From positions 3,550,514 through 3,614,513 of the forward strand of contig CP182352.1 in assembly GCA_048571215.1 (NCBI GenBank): 64,000 nucleotides of DNA, written 5' to 3'. A program made the position numbers and the translations under genes. The notes below the pieces were generated by a model that was not told the origin of the DNA, did not search any database, and worked only from the letters and a program-made list of their open reading frames with translations. Of the stretch, positions 18,758-29,271 are shown piece by piece (the stretch's first letter is position 1; the number at the start of each line of letters is the position of its first letter). The DNA is from Halarcobacter sp. GTDB taxonomy: Bacteria > Campylobacterota > Campylobacteria > Campylobacterales > Arcobacteraceae.

Positions 18758-19823
18758 TAATGTAGATATTTTCTTTTTAGGAGATACGTATTTTGGCGAA
18801 TGGCATATGAGACTTCGTGGAAGAAAAGGGCAGTCTAATATTTTAGAGGAAAAAGGTTATTTACATTTTGGTAAAAATTTTGAAGAAATACTAAGTGATG
18901 GTGATGAGGTTCTTATGAATTTAGAATGTACTATTACCGAAATAGAACCATCACCTTTGAAAGGTACTGAAAAAAAACATCTTTATTCTGCAAGAGCAGA
19001 AGGAACAATTTCAGCACTTAAAAAGTTAAATATAACCACATGTATTTTAGCAAATAATCATGCGGTAGATTATGGTAAGGCTGGACTTATTGATACTATT
19101 ACAAATTTAGAAGAAGCTGGTATTAAATATATTGGAGGAGGTAGAAATGAAGCAGAAGCAGCGGCTCCACTAATATTTCAAAAAAAACTAGGTGATAAAA
19201 AATTCAAAGCAGCTATAGTATCAACATACAATTATGGTGTAGCATCTGATAGATATGGATTTTATGCAAAGGGTGATATCCCAGGAGTTAATAGAAAAAA
19301 TTTATCAAAAATTACAGAACAAATTAAAAAAATAAAAGCAAAAGACAATGATATAATGTATATTTTGTCTCCCCATTGGGGACCAAATTATGTATGGAGA
19401 ACTTTTACTCAACAAAAACAAGGTGAAGAATTTATAAGATCAGGTGTTGATTTAATAGTTGGACATAGTGCCCATATGATTCAGGAAGTTGAATATTATA
19501 AAGATAGACTTATAATATATAGTATAGGTAATTTTCTTATAAATGGTAATGGTGAATATAAAAGAAGAAGATTGCCACCTTATAGTTTTATAGCAAGATT
19601 GAATGTGCAAAATATTGATAATACTTTTGTTAAAAAGATCTATTTATATCCTATATTTGTTGATAATATGGCAAGTGATTTTACCCCTAGATTTGTAGAT
19701 AAAAAAGAGTTTATTCATGTAAAAGATATATTAAGAAGTCATGAAATAAGTACAGATATATTTGATAATACAGTAATTTTAGGTCAAGATAAGTTTGGAT
19801 ATTTTTTAGAATATGAAATTTAA
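18744..19823 (+). CDS. CapA/PgsA-family calcineurin-like metallophosphoesterase, apparently soluble
   Basis: GDTYFGE, NLEC, LANNHAVDYG, HWG, GHSAH and YSIGNF motifs. ATG at 18744 after GGAG is preferred over the track start 18711. Confidence 0.85.
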   Translation: MRSDDNVDIFFLGDTYFGEWHMRLRGRKGQSNILEEKGYLHFGKNFEEILSDGDEVLMNLECTITEIEPSPLKGTEKKHLYSARAEGTISALKKLNITTCILANNHAVDYGKAGLIDTITNLEEAGIKYIGGGRNEAEAAAPLIFQKKLGDKKFKAAIVSTYNYGVASDRYGFYAKGDIPGVNRKNLSKITEQIKKIKAKDNDIMYILSPHWGPNYVWRTFTQQKQGEEFIRSGVDLIVGHSAHMIQEVEYYKDRLIIYSIGNFLINGNGEYKRRRLPPYSFIARLNVQNIDNTFVKKIYLYPIFVDNMASDFTPRFVDKKEFIHVKDILRSHEISTDIFDNTVILGQDKFGYFLEYEI

Positions 19824-19830
19824 TTAAAAA

Positions 19831-19851
19831 GCAACTTTTAGGCAACTTTTA
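19831..19851 (+). promoter_or_regulatory. Tandem direct repeat GCAACTTTTA x2 (11-bp period), candidate OmpR-family regulator site
   Basis: GCAACTTTTA-G-GCAACTTTTA directly upstream of TATAAT hexamers and the AAGGA RBS of the giant gene. Confidence 0.5.
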
Positions 19852-19896
19852 TAATTTATAATTAGAAAGATAAGAGTCTATAGTAAGGAATACAAG

Positions 19897-22800
19897 ATGA
19901 TTAAGCTAATAATTAGACACACAAATGCTGAGATTGAAGAAAAAGTTGTTGAAGATGGTATGAAGTTTCAACCATTGGAAGGTGAACAATTCTACTTCAT
20001 AGGTTCTGATGGTTATACATTTACTTTATCAGGGAATGAATCTACAGTAAATCTTTCTTTAATGGATGGTAATGAAAGAGTTAGTGTAAGTCTTGATAAC
20101 ATGGCAGATTTAATAAAAGCTAATAATCCTGGAGATGCATTTGCTTTAACTACAGCACTAGGGGTGTCTTCAACTCCGGATGGTGCAGCTGAAATAGAAC
20201 AAGCATTAGCAGACCCAAATTTAGAATCAGCACAAATTATAGATGTATTAAAAGAGAATTTATCAGAAAGTACTGTTGCAGAAAATGATGGTGCAATTAT
20301 TGATAACTTTGGTTCATTGGCAGAAGCTCTTGATGCAGCTGCAGCAGGTGCAATACAGAGTGATCCGACTTTATTTATAGACGAAACTAGAGGGCAAGAA
20401 GAAACTCCAGCAGATACGGAGAGAGGTGAACGAATCGAGACTGATACCGACACGGATACTGATACAGATACAGATACTGACACGGATACAGATACCGATA
20501 CTGATACCGACACAGATACGGACACGGACACAGATACAGACACGGATACTGATACAGACACTGACACAGACACTGATACAGATACTGACACGGATACAGA
20601 TACCGACACAGACACTGATACAGATACTGATACCGACACCGACACTGACACCGATACTGATACAGACACAGATACAGACACGGACACAGACACGGACACA
20701 GACACGGACACAGACACGGATACAGACACGGATACCGATACCGACACTGACACCGATACTGATACAGACACCGATACAGATACTGATACAGACACTGATA
20801 CAGACACTGATACCGACACAGACACGGATACAGATACTGATACCGACACTGACACAGACACTGATACAGATACAGACACCGATACTGATACTGATACCGA
20901 TACTGACACAGACACGGATACAGATACTGATACCGATACTGATACCGACACGGATACAGATACTGATACCGATACTGATACCGACACGGATACTGACACA
21001 GACACCGATACAGACACTGATACAGATACAGACACCGATACTGATACTGATACCGACACAGATACTGACACAGACACGGATACAGATACTGATACCGACA
21101 CGGATACAGATACTGATACTGACACGGATACAGACACCGATACTGATACCGATACCGACACTGATACCGATACAGACACAGATACAGATACTGACACAGA
21201 CACTGATACTGATACAGACACTGATACTGATACTGATACCGACACGGATACAGATACGGACACTGACACAGACACGGACACGGACACTGATACAGATACT
21301 GACACAGACACTGATACCGACACGGATACAGACACGGATACAGATACGGATACAGATACTGATACTGATACAGATACTGACACGGATACAGATACCGACA
21401 CGGACACAGACACTGATACAGATACTGACACGGACACTGATACAGATACTGACACAGACACTGATACAGATACAGATACAGATACCGACACTGACACAGA
21501 TACAGATACAGATACTGATACAGATACAGATACAGATACTGATACAGACACGGATACAGATACTGATACCGACACGGATACAGACACGGATACAGATACA
21601 GACACGGATACAGATACTGATACTGATACAGATACTGACACGGATACAGATACCGACACGGACACAGACACTGATACAGATACTGACACGGATACAGATA
21701 CTGATACCGACACTGACACAGATACAGACACCGATACTGATACAGACTCTGATTCAGACAGTGATACCGATTCGGATTCAGACTCTGACACCGATAGTGA
21801 TAGTGACTCAGACACTGATTCAGATACCGACAGTGATAGTGATTCAGACACAGACTCTGACTCAGACAGTGATACGGATTCTGATAGTGACTCAGATTCT
21901 GATTCGGATAGTGATTCAGACTCAGATAGTGACTCTGATTCAGATACTGACACGGATACGGACACAGATACCGACACAGACACTGATACGGACGCAGACA
22001 CTGACACAGACACTGACACGGATACAGATACAGATACGGACACAGACTCTGACTCAGATAGCGATACCGATAGTGATAGTGACTCAGACACAGACAGTGA
22101 TACAGATTCAGACACAGATTCGGATAGCGACTCAGATACAGACTCTGATTCAGACAGTGATACCGATTCGGATTCAGACTCTGACACCGATAGTGATAGT
22201 GACTCAGACACTGATTCAGATACCGACAGTGATAGTGATTCAGACACAGACTCTGACTCAGACAGTGATACGGATTCTGATAGTGACTCAGATTCTGATT
22301 CGGATAGTGATTCAGACTCAGATAGTGACTCTGATTCAGATACTGACACGGATACGGACACAGATACCGACACAGACACTGATACTGATACGGACACAGA
22401 CACTGATACCGACACAGACACTGATACGGACACAGACACTGATACCGACACAGACACGGATACCGATACTGATACGGACACAGATACGGACACAGACACT
22501 GATACAGACACAGACACTGACACGGATACAGATACAGATACGGACACAGACTCTGACTCAGATAGCGATACCGATAGTGATAGTGACTCAGACACAGACA
22601 GTGATACAGATTCAGACACAGATTCGGATAGCGACTCAGATACAGACTCTGATTCAGACAGTGATACCGATTCGGATTCAGACTCTGACACCGATAGTGA
22701 TAGTGACTCAGACACTGATTCAGATACCGACAGTGATAGTGATTCAGACACAGACTCTGACTCAGACAGTGATACGGATTCTGATAGTGACTCAGATTCT

Positions 22801-25800
22801 GATTCGGATAGTGATTCAGACTCAGATAGTGACTCTGATTCAGATACTGACACGGATACGGACACAGATACCGACACAGACACTGATACTGATACGGACA
22901 CAGACACTGATACCGACACAGACACTGATACTGATACTGATACGGACACAGACACTGATACCGACACAGACACGGATACCGATACTGATACGGACACAGA
23001 CACTGATACGGACACAGACACTGATACAGACACAGACACGGATACAGATACGGACACAGACTCTGACTCAGATAGTGATAGTGACTCAGACACAGACAGT
23101 GATACAGATTCAGACACAGATTCGGATAGCGACTCAGATACAGACTCTGATTCAGACAGTGATACCGATTCGGATTCAGACTCTGACACCGATAGTGATA
23201 GTGACTCAGACACTGATTCAGATACCGACAGTGACAGTGATTCAGACACAGACTCTGACTCAGACAGTGATACGGATTCTGATAGTGACTCAGATTCTGA
23301 TTCGGATAGTGATTCAGACTCAGATAGTGACTCTGATTCAGATACTGACACGGATACGGACACAGATACCGACACAGACACTGATACTGATACTGATACG
23401 GACACAGACACTGATACCGACACAGACACTGATACTGATACTGATACGGACACAGACACTGATACCGACACAGACACGGATACCGATACTGATACGGACA
23501 CAGACACTGATACGGACACAGACACTGATACAGACACAGACACGGATACAGATACGGACACAGACTCTGACTCAGATAGTGATAGTGACTCAGACACAGA
23601 CAGTGATACAGATTCAGACACAGATTCGGATAGCGACTCAGATACAGACTCTGATTCAGACAGTGATACCGATTCGGATTCAGACTCTGACACCGATAGT
23701 GATAGTGACTCAGACACTGATTCAGATACCGACAGTGATAGTGATTCAGACACAGACTCTGACTCAGACAGTGATACGGATTCTGATAGTGACTCAGATT
23801 CTGATTCGGATAGTGATTCAGACTCAGATAGTGACTCTGATTCAGATACTGACACGGATACGGACACAGATACCGACACAGACACTGATACTGATACGGA
23901 CACAGATACTGATACTGATACGGACACAGACACTGATACCGACACAGACACTGATACCGACACAGACACTGATACCGACACAGACACGGATACCGATACT
24001 GATACGGACACAGATACGGACACAGACACTGATACAGACACAGACACTGACACGGATACAGATACAGATACAGATACGGACACAGACTCTGACTCAGATA
24101 GCGATACCGATAGTGATAGTGACTCAGACACAGACAGTGATACAGATTCAGACACAGATTCGGATAGCGACTCAGATACAGACTCTGATTCAGACAGTGA
24201 TACCGATTCGGATTCAGACTCTGACACCGATAGTGATAGTGACTCAGACACTGATTCAGATACCGACAGTGACAGTGATTCAGACACAGACTCTGACTCA
24301 GACAGTGATACGGATTCTGATAGTGACTCAGATTCTGATTCGGATAGTGATTCAGACTCAGATAGTGACTCTGATTCAGATACTGACACGGATACGGACA
24401 CAGATACCGACACAGACACTGATACTGATACTGATACTGATACGGACACAGACACTGATACCGACACAGACACTGATACTGATACTGATACGGACACAGA
24501 CACTGATACCGACACAGACACGGATACCGATACTGATACGGACACAGACACTGATACGGACACAGACACTGATACAGACACAGACACGGATACAGATACG
24601 GACACAGACTCTGACTCAGATAGTGATAGTGACTCAGACACAGACAGTGATACAGATTCAGACACAGATTCGGATAGCGACTCAGATACAGACTCTGATT
24701 CAGACAGTGATACCGATTCGGATTCAGACTCTGACACCGATAGTGATAGTGACTCAGACACTGATTCAGATACCGACAGTGATAGTGATTCAGACACAGA
24801 CTCTGACTCAGACAGTGATACGGATTCTGATAGTGACTCAGATTCTGATTCGGATAGTGATTCAGACTCAGATAGTGACTCTGATTCAGATACTGACACG
24901 GATACGGACACAGATACCGACACAGACACTGATACTGATACGGACACAGATACTGATACTGATACGGACACAGACACTGATACCGACACAGACACTGATA
25001 CCGACACAGACACTGATACGGACACAGACACTGATACCGACACAGACACGGATACCGATACTGATACGGACACAGATACGGACACAGACACTGATACAGA
25101 CACAGACACTGACACGGATACAGATACAGATACGGACACAGACTCTGACTCAGATAGCGATACCGATAGTGATAGTGACTCAGACACAGACAGTGATACA
25201 GATTCAGACACAGATTCGGATAGCGACTCAGATACAGACTCTGATTCAGACAGTGATACCGATTCGGATTCAGACTCTGACACCGATAGTGATAGTGACT
25301 CAGACACTGATTCAGATACCGACAGTGATAGTGATTCAGACACAGACTCTGACTCAGACAGTGATACGGATTCTGATAGTGACTCAGATTCTGATTCGGA
25401 TAGTGATTCAGACTCAGATAGTGACTCTGATTCAGATACTGACACGGATACGGACACAGATACCGACACAGACACTGATACTGATACGGACACAGACACT
25501 GATACCGACACAGACACTGATACTGATACTGATACGGACACAGACACTGATACCGACACAGACACGGATACCGATACTGATACGGACACAGACACTGATA
25601 CGGACACAGACACTGATACAGACACAGACACGGATACAGATACGGACACAGACTCTGACTCAGATAGTGATAGTGACTCAGACACAGACAGTGATACAGA
25701 TTCAGACACAGATTCGGATAGCGACTCAGATACAGACTCTGATTCAGACAGTGATACCGATTCGGATTCAGACTCTGACACCGATAGTGATAGTGACTCA

Positions 25801-27588
25801 GACACTGATTCAGATACCGACAGTGACAGTGATTCAGACACAGACTCTGACTCAGACAGTGATACGGATTCTGATACCGATTCAGATTCAGATAGTGACA
25901 CCGATTCTGATAGCGATAGTGACACAGATTCAGATTGTGATACAGATGTTGATGCAGATAAACCAATTGCAGATATTGAAGTTGAGTATGAAAAAACAGT
26001 TACCGTAAATGAAGTTTGTTCTACTTCACAAAATCTAGGTAATTTAGCTGCTTATTTAGATGGTATGAATAATGTAAATGCAAATGAAGTTGTTGATTTA
26101 GCAAAAGATCAAAATGGTAACCCACAACAAGATCAATACAACTTAGAATTGACTTCATTTGGAGATGGAGATTTAGCATTATATGATAATGAATCTAATC
26201 AAAATGAAACTAGAGATATCAATGATATTGATTTAAATGATGTTACACCATTTGATCCATCAAATGCAGAAGTAGTAAATAACACCATAAATCATACATA
26301 CAATATGACATCAAATGAAGTTATTTTTGAAGGTGATATTGTTCAAAATGGTAATGTAATAGGAACATCAGACAATGATGTGATTATTGTAAAAGGTGAG
26401 GTTCAAGGTGGTTCAAATGTTAATGCAGGTGCTGGAAATGACCTTATTGCAATAGTAGGAAATATTGGAGAAAATCAACCAGCAATTGATGGGGATAGTG
26501 GTACAGACATACTATATCTAAGTAAACCTGCATCTAATTATGAGTTTTTAGATATCCACTTCCATGACAATTTAGATGGACATATTTTAGATAAAGAGAC
26601 TCAAAGTGTATTAACATTTAATAACATAGAAGGAATTGCCTTTGGTGATGGTTCTGGGGTAAATTGTAAAGTAAATACATCAACAAGCTATCAATACAAT
26701 GTAAGTATAAGTGCTGCATTAACTGATATTGATGGAAGTGAAACTTTATCTGTAGCAATATCTGGAGTGCCAAATGGTGCTACACTATCAAGTGATACCT
26801 ATACATTAATTGATAATGGAAATGGAAATTGGACAGTTGAAGTACCAAATGGAGATGTATCTATAGTTGATGATATTACTATGAATGTTCCATCAGATAT
26901 AGGAGATTTTAACCTTGAAATAACAGCAAGAGCAACTGAAATCAATGATAATGATGGTACTGATTATGCAGAAACAACAGATAGTGATTTTGTAACTGAT
27001 GATATCGATCCAGATACAGAAATCAATAAATTTGACTTAGTAGGAAATGTAACTACTGGTTCAGGAGATGATACAATTAATGTGTCAGATGATATATTCT
27101 TAGCTAATGTTGATACTGGAGCAGGAGATGATACAATCAATGTAGGAGATGATATAGGATTATTTACTTCAATAGATACCGGAGCAGGAGATGATACAAT
27201 TAATATTGGTGACAATATTAGTTATTCAGCTCAAATTGATATGGGTGATGGTATTGATACCCTAAGTTTAGATGATGATATTGATTTATCTGATATAGCA
27301 AAAAATGTTGATAATGTTGAAATAATTGATTTGGATAATGATGAAGACCAAGATCTAGAAATAGATTTAGATTCAATTATCGATTTAACTGATGATGATA
27401 ATGATTTAGTTGTTATTGGTGATAATGGTGACAAAATTGACTTTAATGATTCTGGTTGGGAAAAAGGCGATAGCACAAAAACTGTTGATGGACAAGATGG
27501 AGAGTTTACTGAATACACAAATACAAACAATCCAAATGTATCAATTTTAATTGATAATGACATTGACGTAGATGATGATGACATTTAA
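19897..27588 (+). CDS. Giant T1SS-secreted RTX-type surface protein/adhesin with about 920 Asp-Thr/Asp-Ser dipeptides
   Basis: No Sec signal. N-terminal ~180 aa includes EALDAAAAG. (DT)n/(DS)n tract; Ig/cadherin-like [10 protein letters not shown]...[12 protein letters not shown]-like GAGNDLI, GSGDDTI, GAGDDTI x2, GDGIDTL; acidic T1SS-type C-terminus; adjacent T1SS genes. Confidence 0.88.
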   Translation: MIKLIIRHTNAEIEEKVVEDGMKFQPLEGEQFYFIGSDGYTFTLSGNESTVNLSLMDGNERVSVSLDNMADLIKANNPGDAFALTTALGVSSTPDGAAEIEQALADPNLESAQIIDVLKENLSESTVAENDGAIIDNFGSLAEALDAAAAGAIQSDPTLFIDETRGQEETPADTERGERIETDTDTDTDTDTDTDTDTDTDTDTDTDTDTDTDTDTDTDTDTDTDTDTDTDTDTDTDTDTDTDTDTDTDTDTDTDTDTDTDTDTDTDTDTDTDTDTDTDTDTDTDTDTDTDTDTDTDTDTDTDTDTDTDTDTDTDTDTDTDTDTDTDTDTDTDTDTDTDTDTDTDTDTDTDTDTDTDTDTDTDTDTDTDTDTDTDTDTDTDTDTDTDTDTDTDTDTDTDTDTDTDTDTDTDTDTDTDTDTDTDTDTDTDTDTDTDTDTDTDTDTDTDTDTDTDTDTDTDTDTDTDTDTDTDTDTDTDTDTDTDTDTDTDTDTDTDTDTDTDTDTDTDTDTDTDTDTDTDTDTDTDTDTDTDTDTDTDTDTDTDTDTDTDTDTDTDTDTDTDTDTDTDTDTDTDTDTDTDTDTDTDTDTDTDTDTDTDTDTDTDTDTDTDTDTDTDTDSDSDSDTDSDSDSDTDSDSDSDTDSDTDSDSDSDTDSDSDSDTDSDSDSDSDSDSDSDSDSDSDSDTDTDTDTDTDTDTDTDADTDTDTDTDTDTDTDTDSDSDSDTDSDSDSDTDSDTDSDTDSDSDSDTDSDSDSDTDSDSDSDTDSDSDSDTDSDTDSDSDSDTDSDSDSDTDSDSDSDSDSDSDSDSDSDSDSDTDTDTDTDTDTDTDTDTDTDTDTDTDTDTDTDTDTDTDTDTDTDTDTDTDTDTDTDTDTDTDTDTDTDTDSDSDSDTDSDSDSDTDSDTDSDTDSDSDSDTDSDSDSDTDSDSDSDTDSDSDSDTDSDTDSDSDSDTDSDSDSDTDSDSDSDSDSDSDSDSDSDSDSDTDTDTDTDTDTDTDTDTDTDTDTDTDTDTDTDTDTDTDTDTDTDTDTDTDTDTDTDTDTDTDTDTDTDTDTDSDSDSDSDSDTDSDTDSDTDSDSDSDTDSDSDSDTDSDSDSDTDSDSDSDTDSDTDSDSDSDTDSDSDSDTDSDSDSDSDSDSDSDSDSDSDSDTDTDTDTDTDTDTDTDTDTDTDTDTDTDTDTDTDTDTDTDTDTDTDTDTDTDTDTDTDTDTDTDTDTDTDTDTDSDSDSDSDSDTDSDTDSDTDSDSDSDTDSDSDSDTDSDSDSDTDSDSDSDTDSDTDSDSDSDTDSDSDSDTDSDSDSDSDSDSDSDSDSDSDSDTDTDTDTDTDTDTDTDTDTDTDTDTDTDTDTDTDTDTDTDTDTDTDTDTDTDTDTDTDTDTDTDTDTDTDTDTDTDTDTDSDSDSDTDSDSDSDTDSDTDSDTDSDSDSDTDSDSDSDTDSDSDSDTDSDSDSDTDSDTDSDSDSDTDSDSDSDTDSDSDSDSDSDSDSDSDSDSDSDTDTDTDTDTDTDTDTDTDTDTDTDTDTDTDTDTDTDTDTDTDTDTDTDTDTDTDTDTDTDTDTDTDTDTDTDTDTDSDSDSDSDSDTDSDTDSDTDSDSDSDTDSDSDSDTDSDSDSDTDSDSDSDTDSDTDSDSDSDTDSDSDSDTDSDSDSDSDSDSDSDSDSDSDSDTDTDTDTDTDTDTDTDTDTDTDTDTDTDTDTDTDTDTDTDTDTDTDTDTDTDTDTDTDTDTDTDTDTDTDTDTDTDTDTDTDTDSDSDSDTDSDSDSDTDSDTDSDTDSDSDSDTDSDSDSDTDSDSDSDTDSDSDSDTDSDTDSDSDSDTDSDSDSDTDSDSDSDSDSDSDSDSDSDSDSDTDTDTDTDTDTDTDTDTDTDTDTDTDTDTDTDTDTDTDTDTDTDTDTDTDTDTDTDTDTDTDTDTDTDTDTDSDSDSDSDSDTDSDTDSDTDSDSDSDTDSDSDSDTDSDSDSDTDSDSDSDTDSDTDSDSDSDTDSDSDSDTDSDTDSDSDSDTDSDSDSDTDSDCDTDVDADKPIADIEVEYEKTVTVNEVCSTSQNLGNLAAYLDGMNNVNANEVVDLAKDQNGNPQQDQYNLELTSFGDGDLALYDNESNQNETRDINDIDLNDVTPFDPSNAEVVNNTINHTYNMTSNEVIFEGDIVQNGNVIGTSDNDVIIVKGEVQGGSNVNAGAGNDLIAIVGNIGENQPAIDGDSGTDILYLSKPASNYEFLDIHFHDNLDGHILDKETQSVLTFNNIEGIAFGDGSGVNCKVNTSTSYQYNVSISAALTDIDGSETLSVAISGVPNGATLSSDTYTLIDNGNGNWTVEVPNGDVSIVDDITMNVPSDIGDFNLEITARATEINDNDGTDYAETTDSDFVTDDIDPDTEINKFDLVGNVTTGSGDDTINVSDDIFLANVDTGAGDDTINVGDDIGLFTSIDTGAGDDTINIGDNISYSAQIDMGDGIDTLSLDDDIDLSDIAKNVDNVEIIDLDNDEDQDLEIDLDSIIDLTDDDNDLVVIGDNGDKIDFNDSGWEKGDSTKTVDGQDGEFTEYTNTNNPNVSILIDNDIDVDDDDI
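20443..25956 (+). repeat. Coding hexamer repeat GAY-ACN/TCN/AGY with ~0.4-0.55 kb higher-order units
   Basis: Pure Asp-Thr from 20443 to 21744 (about 217 units), then alternating DS-rich and DT-rich blocks. A shared junction recurs at 21943, 22339, 22843, 23341, 23845, 24379, 24889 and 25435. Confidence 0.95.
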
Positions 27589-27595
27589 AAAAACT

Positions 27596-27628
27596 ATATA
27601 AGATAGCATTTCGCTATCTTATATTTTA
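27596..27628 (+). terminator. Hairpin/terminator after the giant gene
   Basis: ATATAAGATAGC-ATTTC-GCTATCTTATAT followed by Ts. Confidence 0.6.
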
Positions 27629-27640
27629 TATAGGTTTAAT

Positions 27641-28453
27641 TTGACTTTAGATGAGTTAAAAAAAGAGAATGAAACTCTTAAAAATGAAATTGTACTGTTG
27701 AATAGTAAAATATCAGAGAATCTAGAACAAAATAGAATCAATGATAAGATGCTATTTCAACAAAGTAAAATGGCTTCAATGGGTGAAATGATTGGAAATA
27801 TTGCACACCAATGGAGACAACCTCTTATGGAGCTTTCTTCTATTTTTATGTTAATTCAAACTAAAATTGAGTTTGAAGGAGATATAGAAAATAGTGAACT
27901 TATTGATTTTATTAAAAAATCTGACGAAATTACCCATTACATGTCTCAGACAATAGATGATTTTAGAAACTTCTTTGCAAAAGAAAAAATTAAAGTTGAT
28001 TATAAAATATCAAACCAAGTAAGTTTAGCTGTAAGTATGTTAAATATGTGTTTAAAACAGCATGGAATAAAAGTAGAAATAGTTGTTCTTAAAAATCCAA
28101 AACTTTATGGTTTTAAAAATGAATATTCGCAAGTTCTTATTAATATTTTAAATAATTGTAAGGATGCTTTGATTCAAAGAAATATAAAGAATCCCAAAAT
28201 CAAGATTATAATTAATAAAAAAGATGATAAATCAGTTTTAACAATTGAAGATAATGCTAAAGGAATAAATATAGAACCTATAGAAAAAATATTTGAACCA
28301 TTTTTTACCCATGACAAAAAAAATGGAACAGGAATAGGTTTATTCATGTCAAAACTAATAATTGAAAATAATATGAATGGAAGATTATTTGTTGAAAATA
28401 TTAACAATGGTGCAAAATTTACTATAACAGTACCCTTTAGTCATAAGTTATAA
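27641..28453 (+). CDS. Soluble histidine kinase lacking an obvious sensor domain
   Basis: H-box IAHQWRQP, N-box NILNNCKDA, DNAKGI, FEPFF, GTGIGL; only a short coiled coil N-terminally; TTG start. Confidence 0.88.
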   Translation: MTLDELKKENETLKNEIVLLNSKISENLEQNRINDKMLFQQSKMASMGEMIGNIAHQWRQPLMELSSIFMLIQTKIEFEGDIENSELIDFIKKSDEITHYMSQTIDDFRNFFAKEKIKVDYKISNQVSLAVSMLNMCLKQHGIKVEIVVLKNPKLYGFKNEYSQVLINILNNCKDALIQRNIKNPKIKIIINKKDDKSVLTIEDNAKGINIEPIEKIFEPFFTHDKKNGTGIGLFMSKLIIENNMNGRLFVENINNGAKFTITVPFSHKL

Positions 28454-29129
28454 GTTGGTATCCTACACTAGAAATATTTTTTATGGAATCTTTTCCAATT
28501 TTATTTCTTAATTTATTCATTAAAGATTTAAATGCAGATTCTGTAGAGCTATAACTATCTTCCCAGACATGACATTGAATCTCCTCTTTAGAAACAACTC
28601 TATTTTTATTTTCATACAAGTATTCAAGTAATAGTATCTCTTTTGCTGTAATGTCTATTATTTTAGTATCTATTGATAATATCTTTTTATTAAAATTATA
28701 TTCTATTTTATTATTGAACTTTATTATAAAATCATTATTCTCAAAGTATTCATTTCCTGCATTTAGTAATGCTTTTTTAAGTTTATTAAAATCAATGGGT
28801 TTTGTTAAATAATCCACAAGTTTTAATCTTGCTGCTTTTAATAAAAACTTAGTATCGGTATGTGCCGTTAAGAGTATCACTGGTATAGTGATTTTTTCTT
28901 TTCTTAAATATTCTACAAAATCTAAACCTGTTTTTCCAGGCATACTTATATCACTTAATATCACATGCACACAATTAGATGAAAAAACCTTTAAGGCATC
29001 ATCTACACATGATACAGAGTAGACATTTTTAAATATATAACCTAATATTTTAGTTATATTTTCTCTTATTTGATTTTCATCTTCTAGATACAAAATATTT
29101 AATTGTTTTAAAGAATTATCTTTTACCAT
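28437..29129 (-). CDS. OmpR-family response regulator
   Basis: ILYLEDE, SDISMP (phosphoacceptor Asp), LTAH, YLTKP; winged helix LRNKIGKDSIKNISSVGY. Confidence 0.9.
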   Translation of the reverse strand: MVKDNSLKQLNILYLEDENQIRENITKILGYIFKNVYSVSCVDDALKVFSSNCVHVILSDISMPGKTGLDFVEYLRKEKITIPVILLTAHTDTKFLLKAARLKLVDYLTKPIDFNKLKKALLNAGNEYFENNDFIIKFNNKIEYNFNKKILSIDTKIIDITAKEILLLEYLYENKNRVVSKEEIQCHVWEDSYSSTESAFKSLMNKLRNKIGKDSIKNISSVGYQLITYD

Positions 29130-29271
29130 AAAGTATTATACCAAAAATGTATAAATAAATTACTAAAATTTATTTTAGTCGCTAAAAAGTTACTATAAAA
29201 TAATTTTTTAAGTAACTTGTAAACTTAATTAAAGTATTATGTTTTTACAATCAAACAATATGGATAAAACT

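Noticed and set aside
6339..19823. Canonical poly-gamma-glutamate (capBCA) or peptidoglycan (mur) operon
   Set aside because: No CapC/PgsC, the ligases are MurF-like rather than CapB-like, CapA lacks a TM anchor, MurF substrate motifs are altered and no dcw genes are present.
21745..25956. CRISPR array or non-coding satellite
   Set aside because: No unique spacers and no cas genes; the repeat is in frame inside a CDS with synonymous variation.
20013..26008. Three other very long ORFs over the repeat (poly-SV, Cys/Tyr-rich and IQT-rich frames)
   Set aside because: Shadow frames of the GAY-ACN hexamer repeat that happen to lack stops; no RBS or unique domains. Only the Asp-Thr frame joins sensible N- and C-terminal domains.
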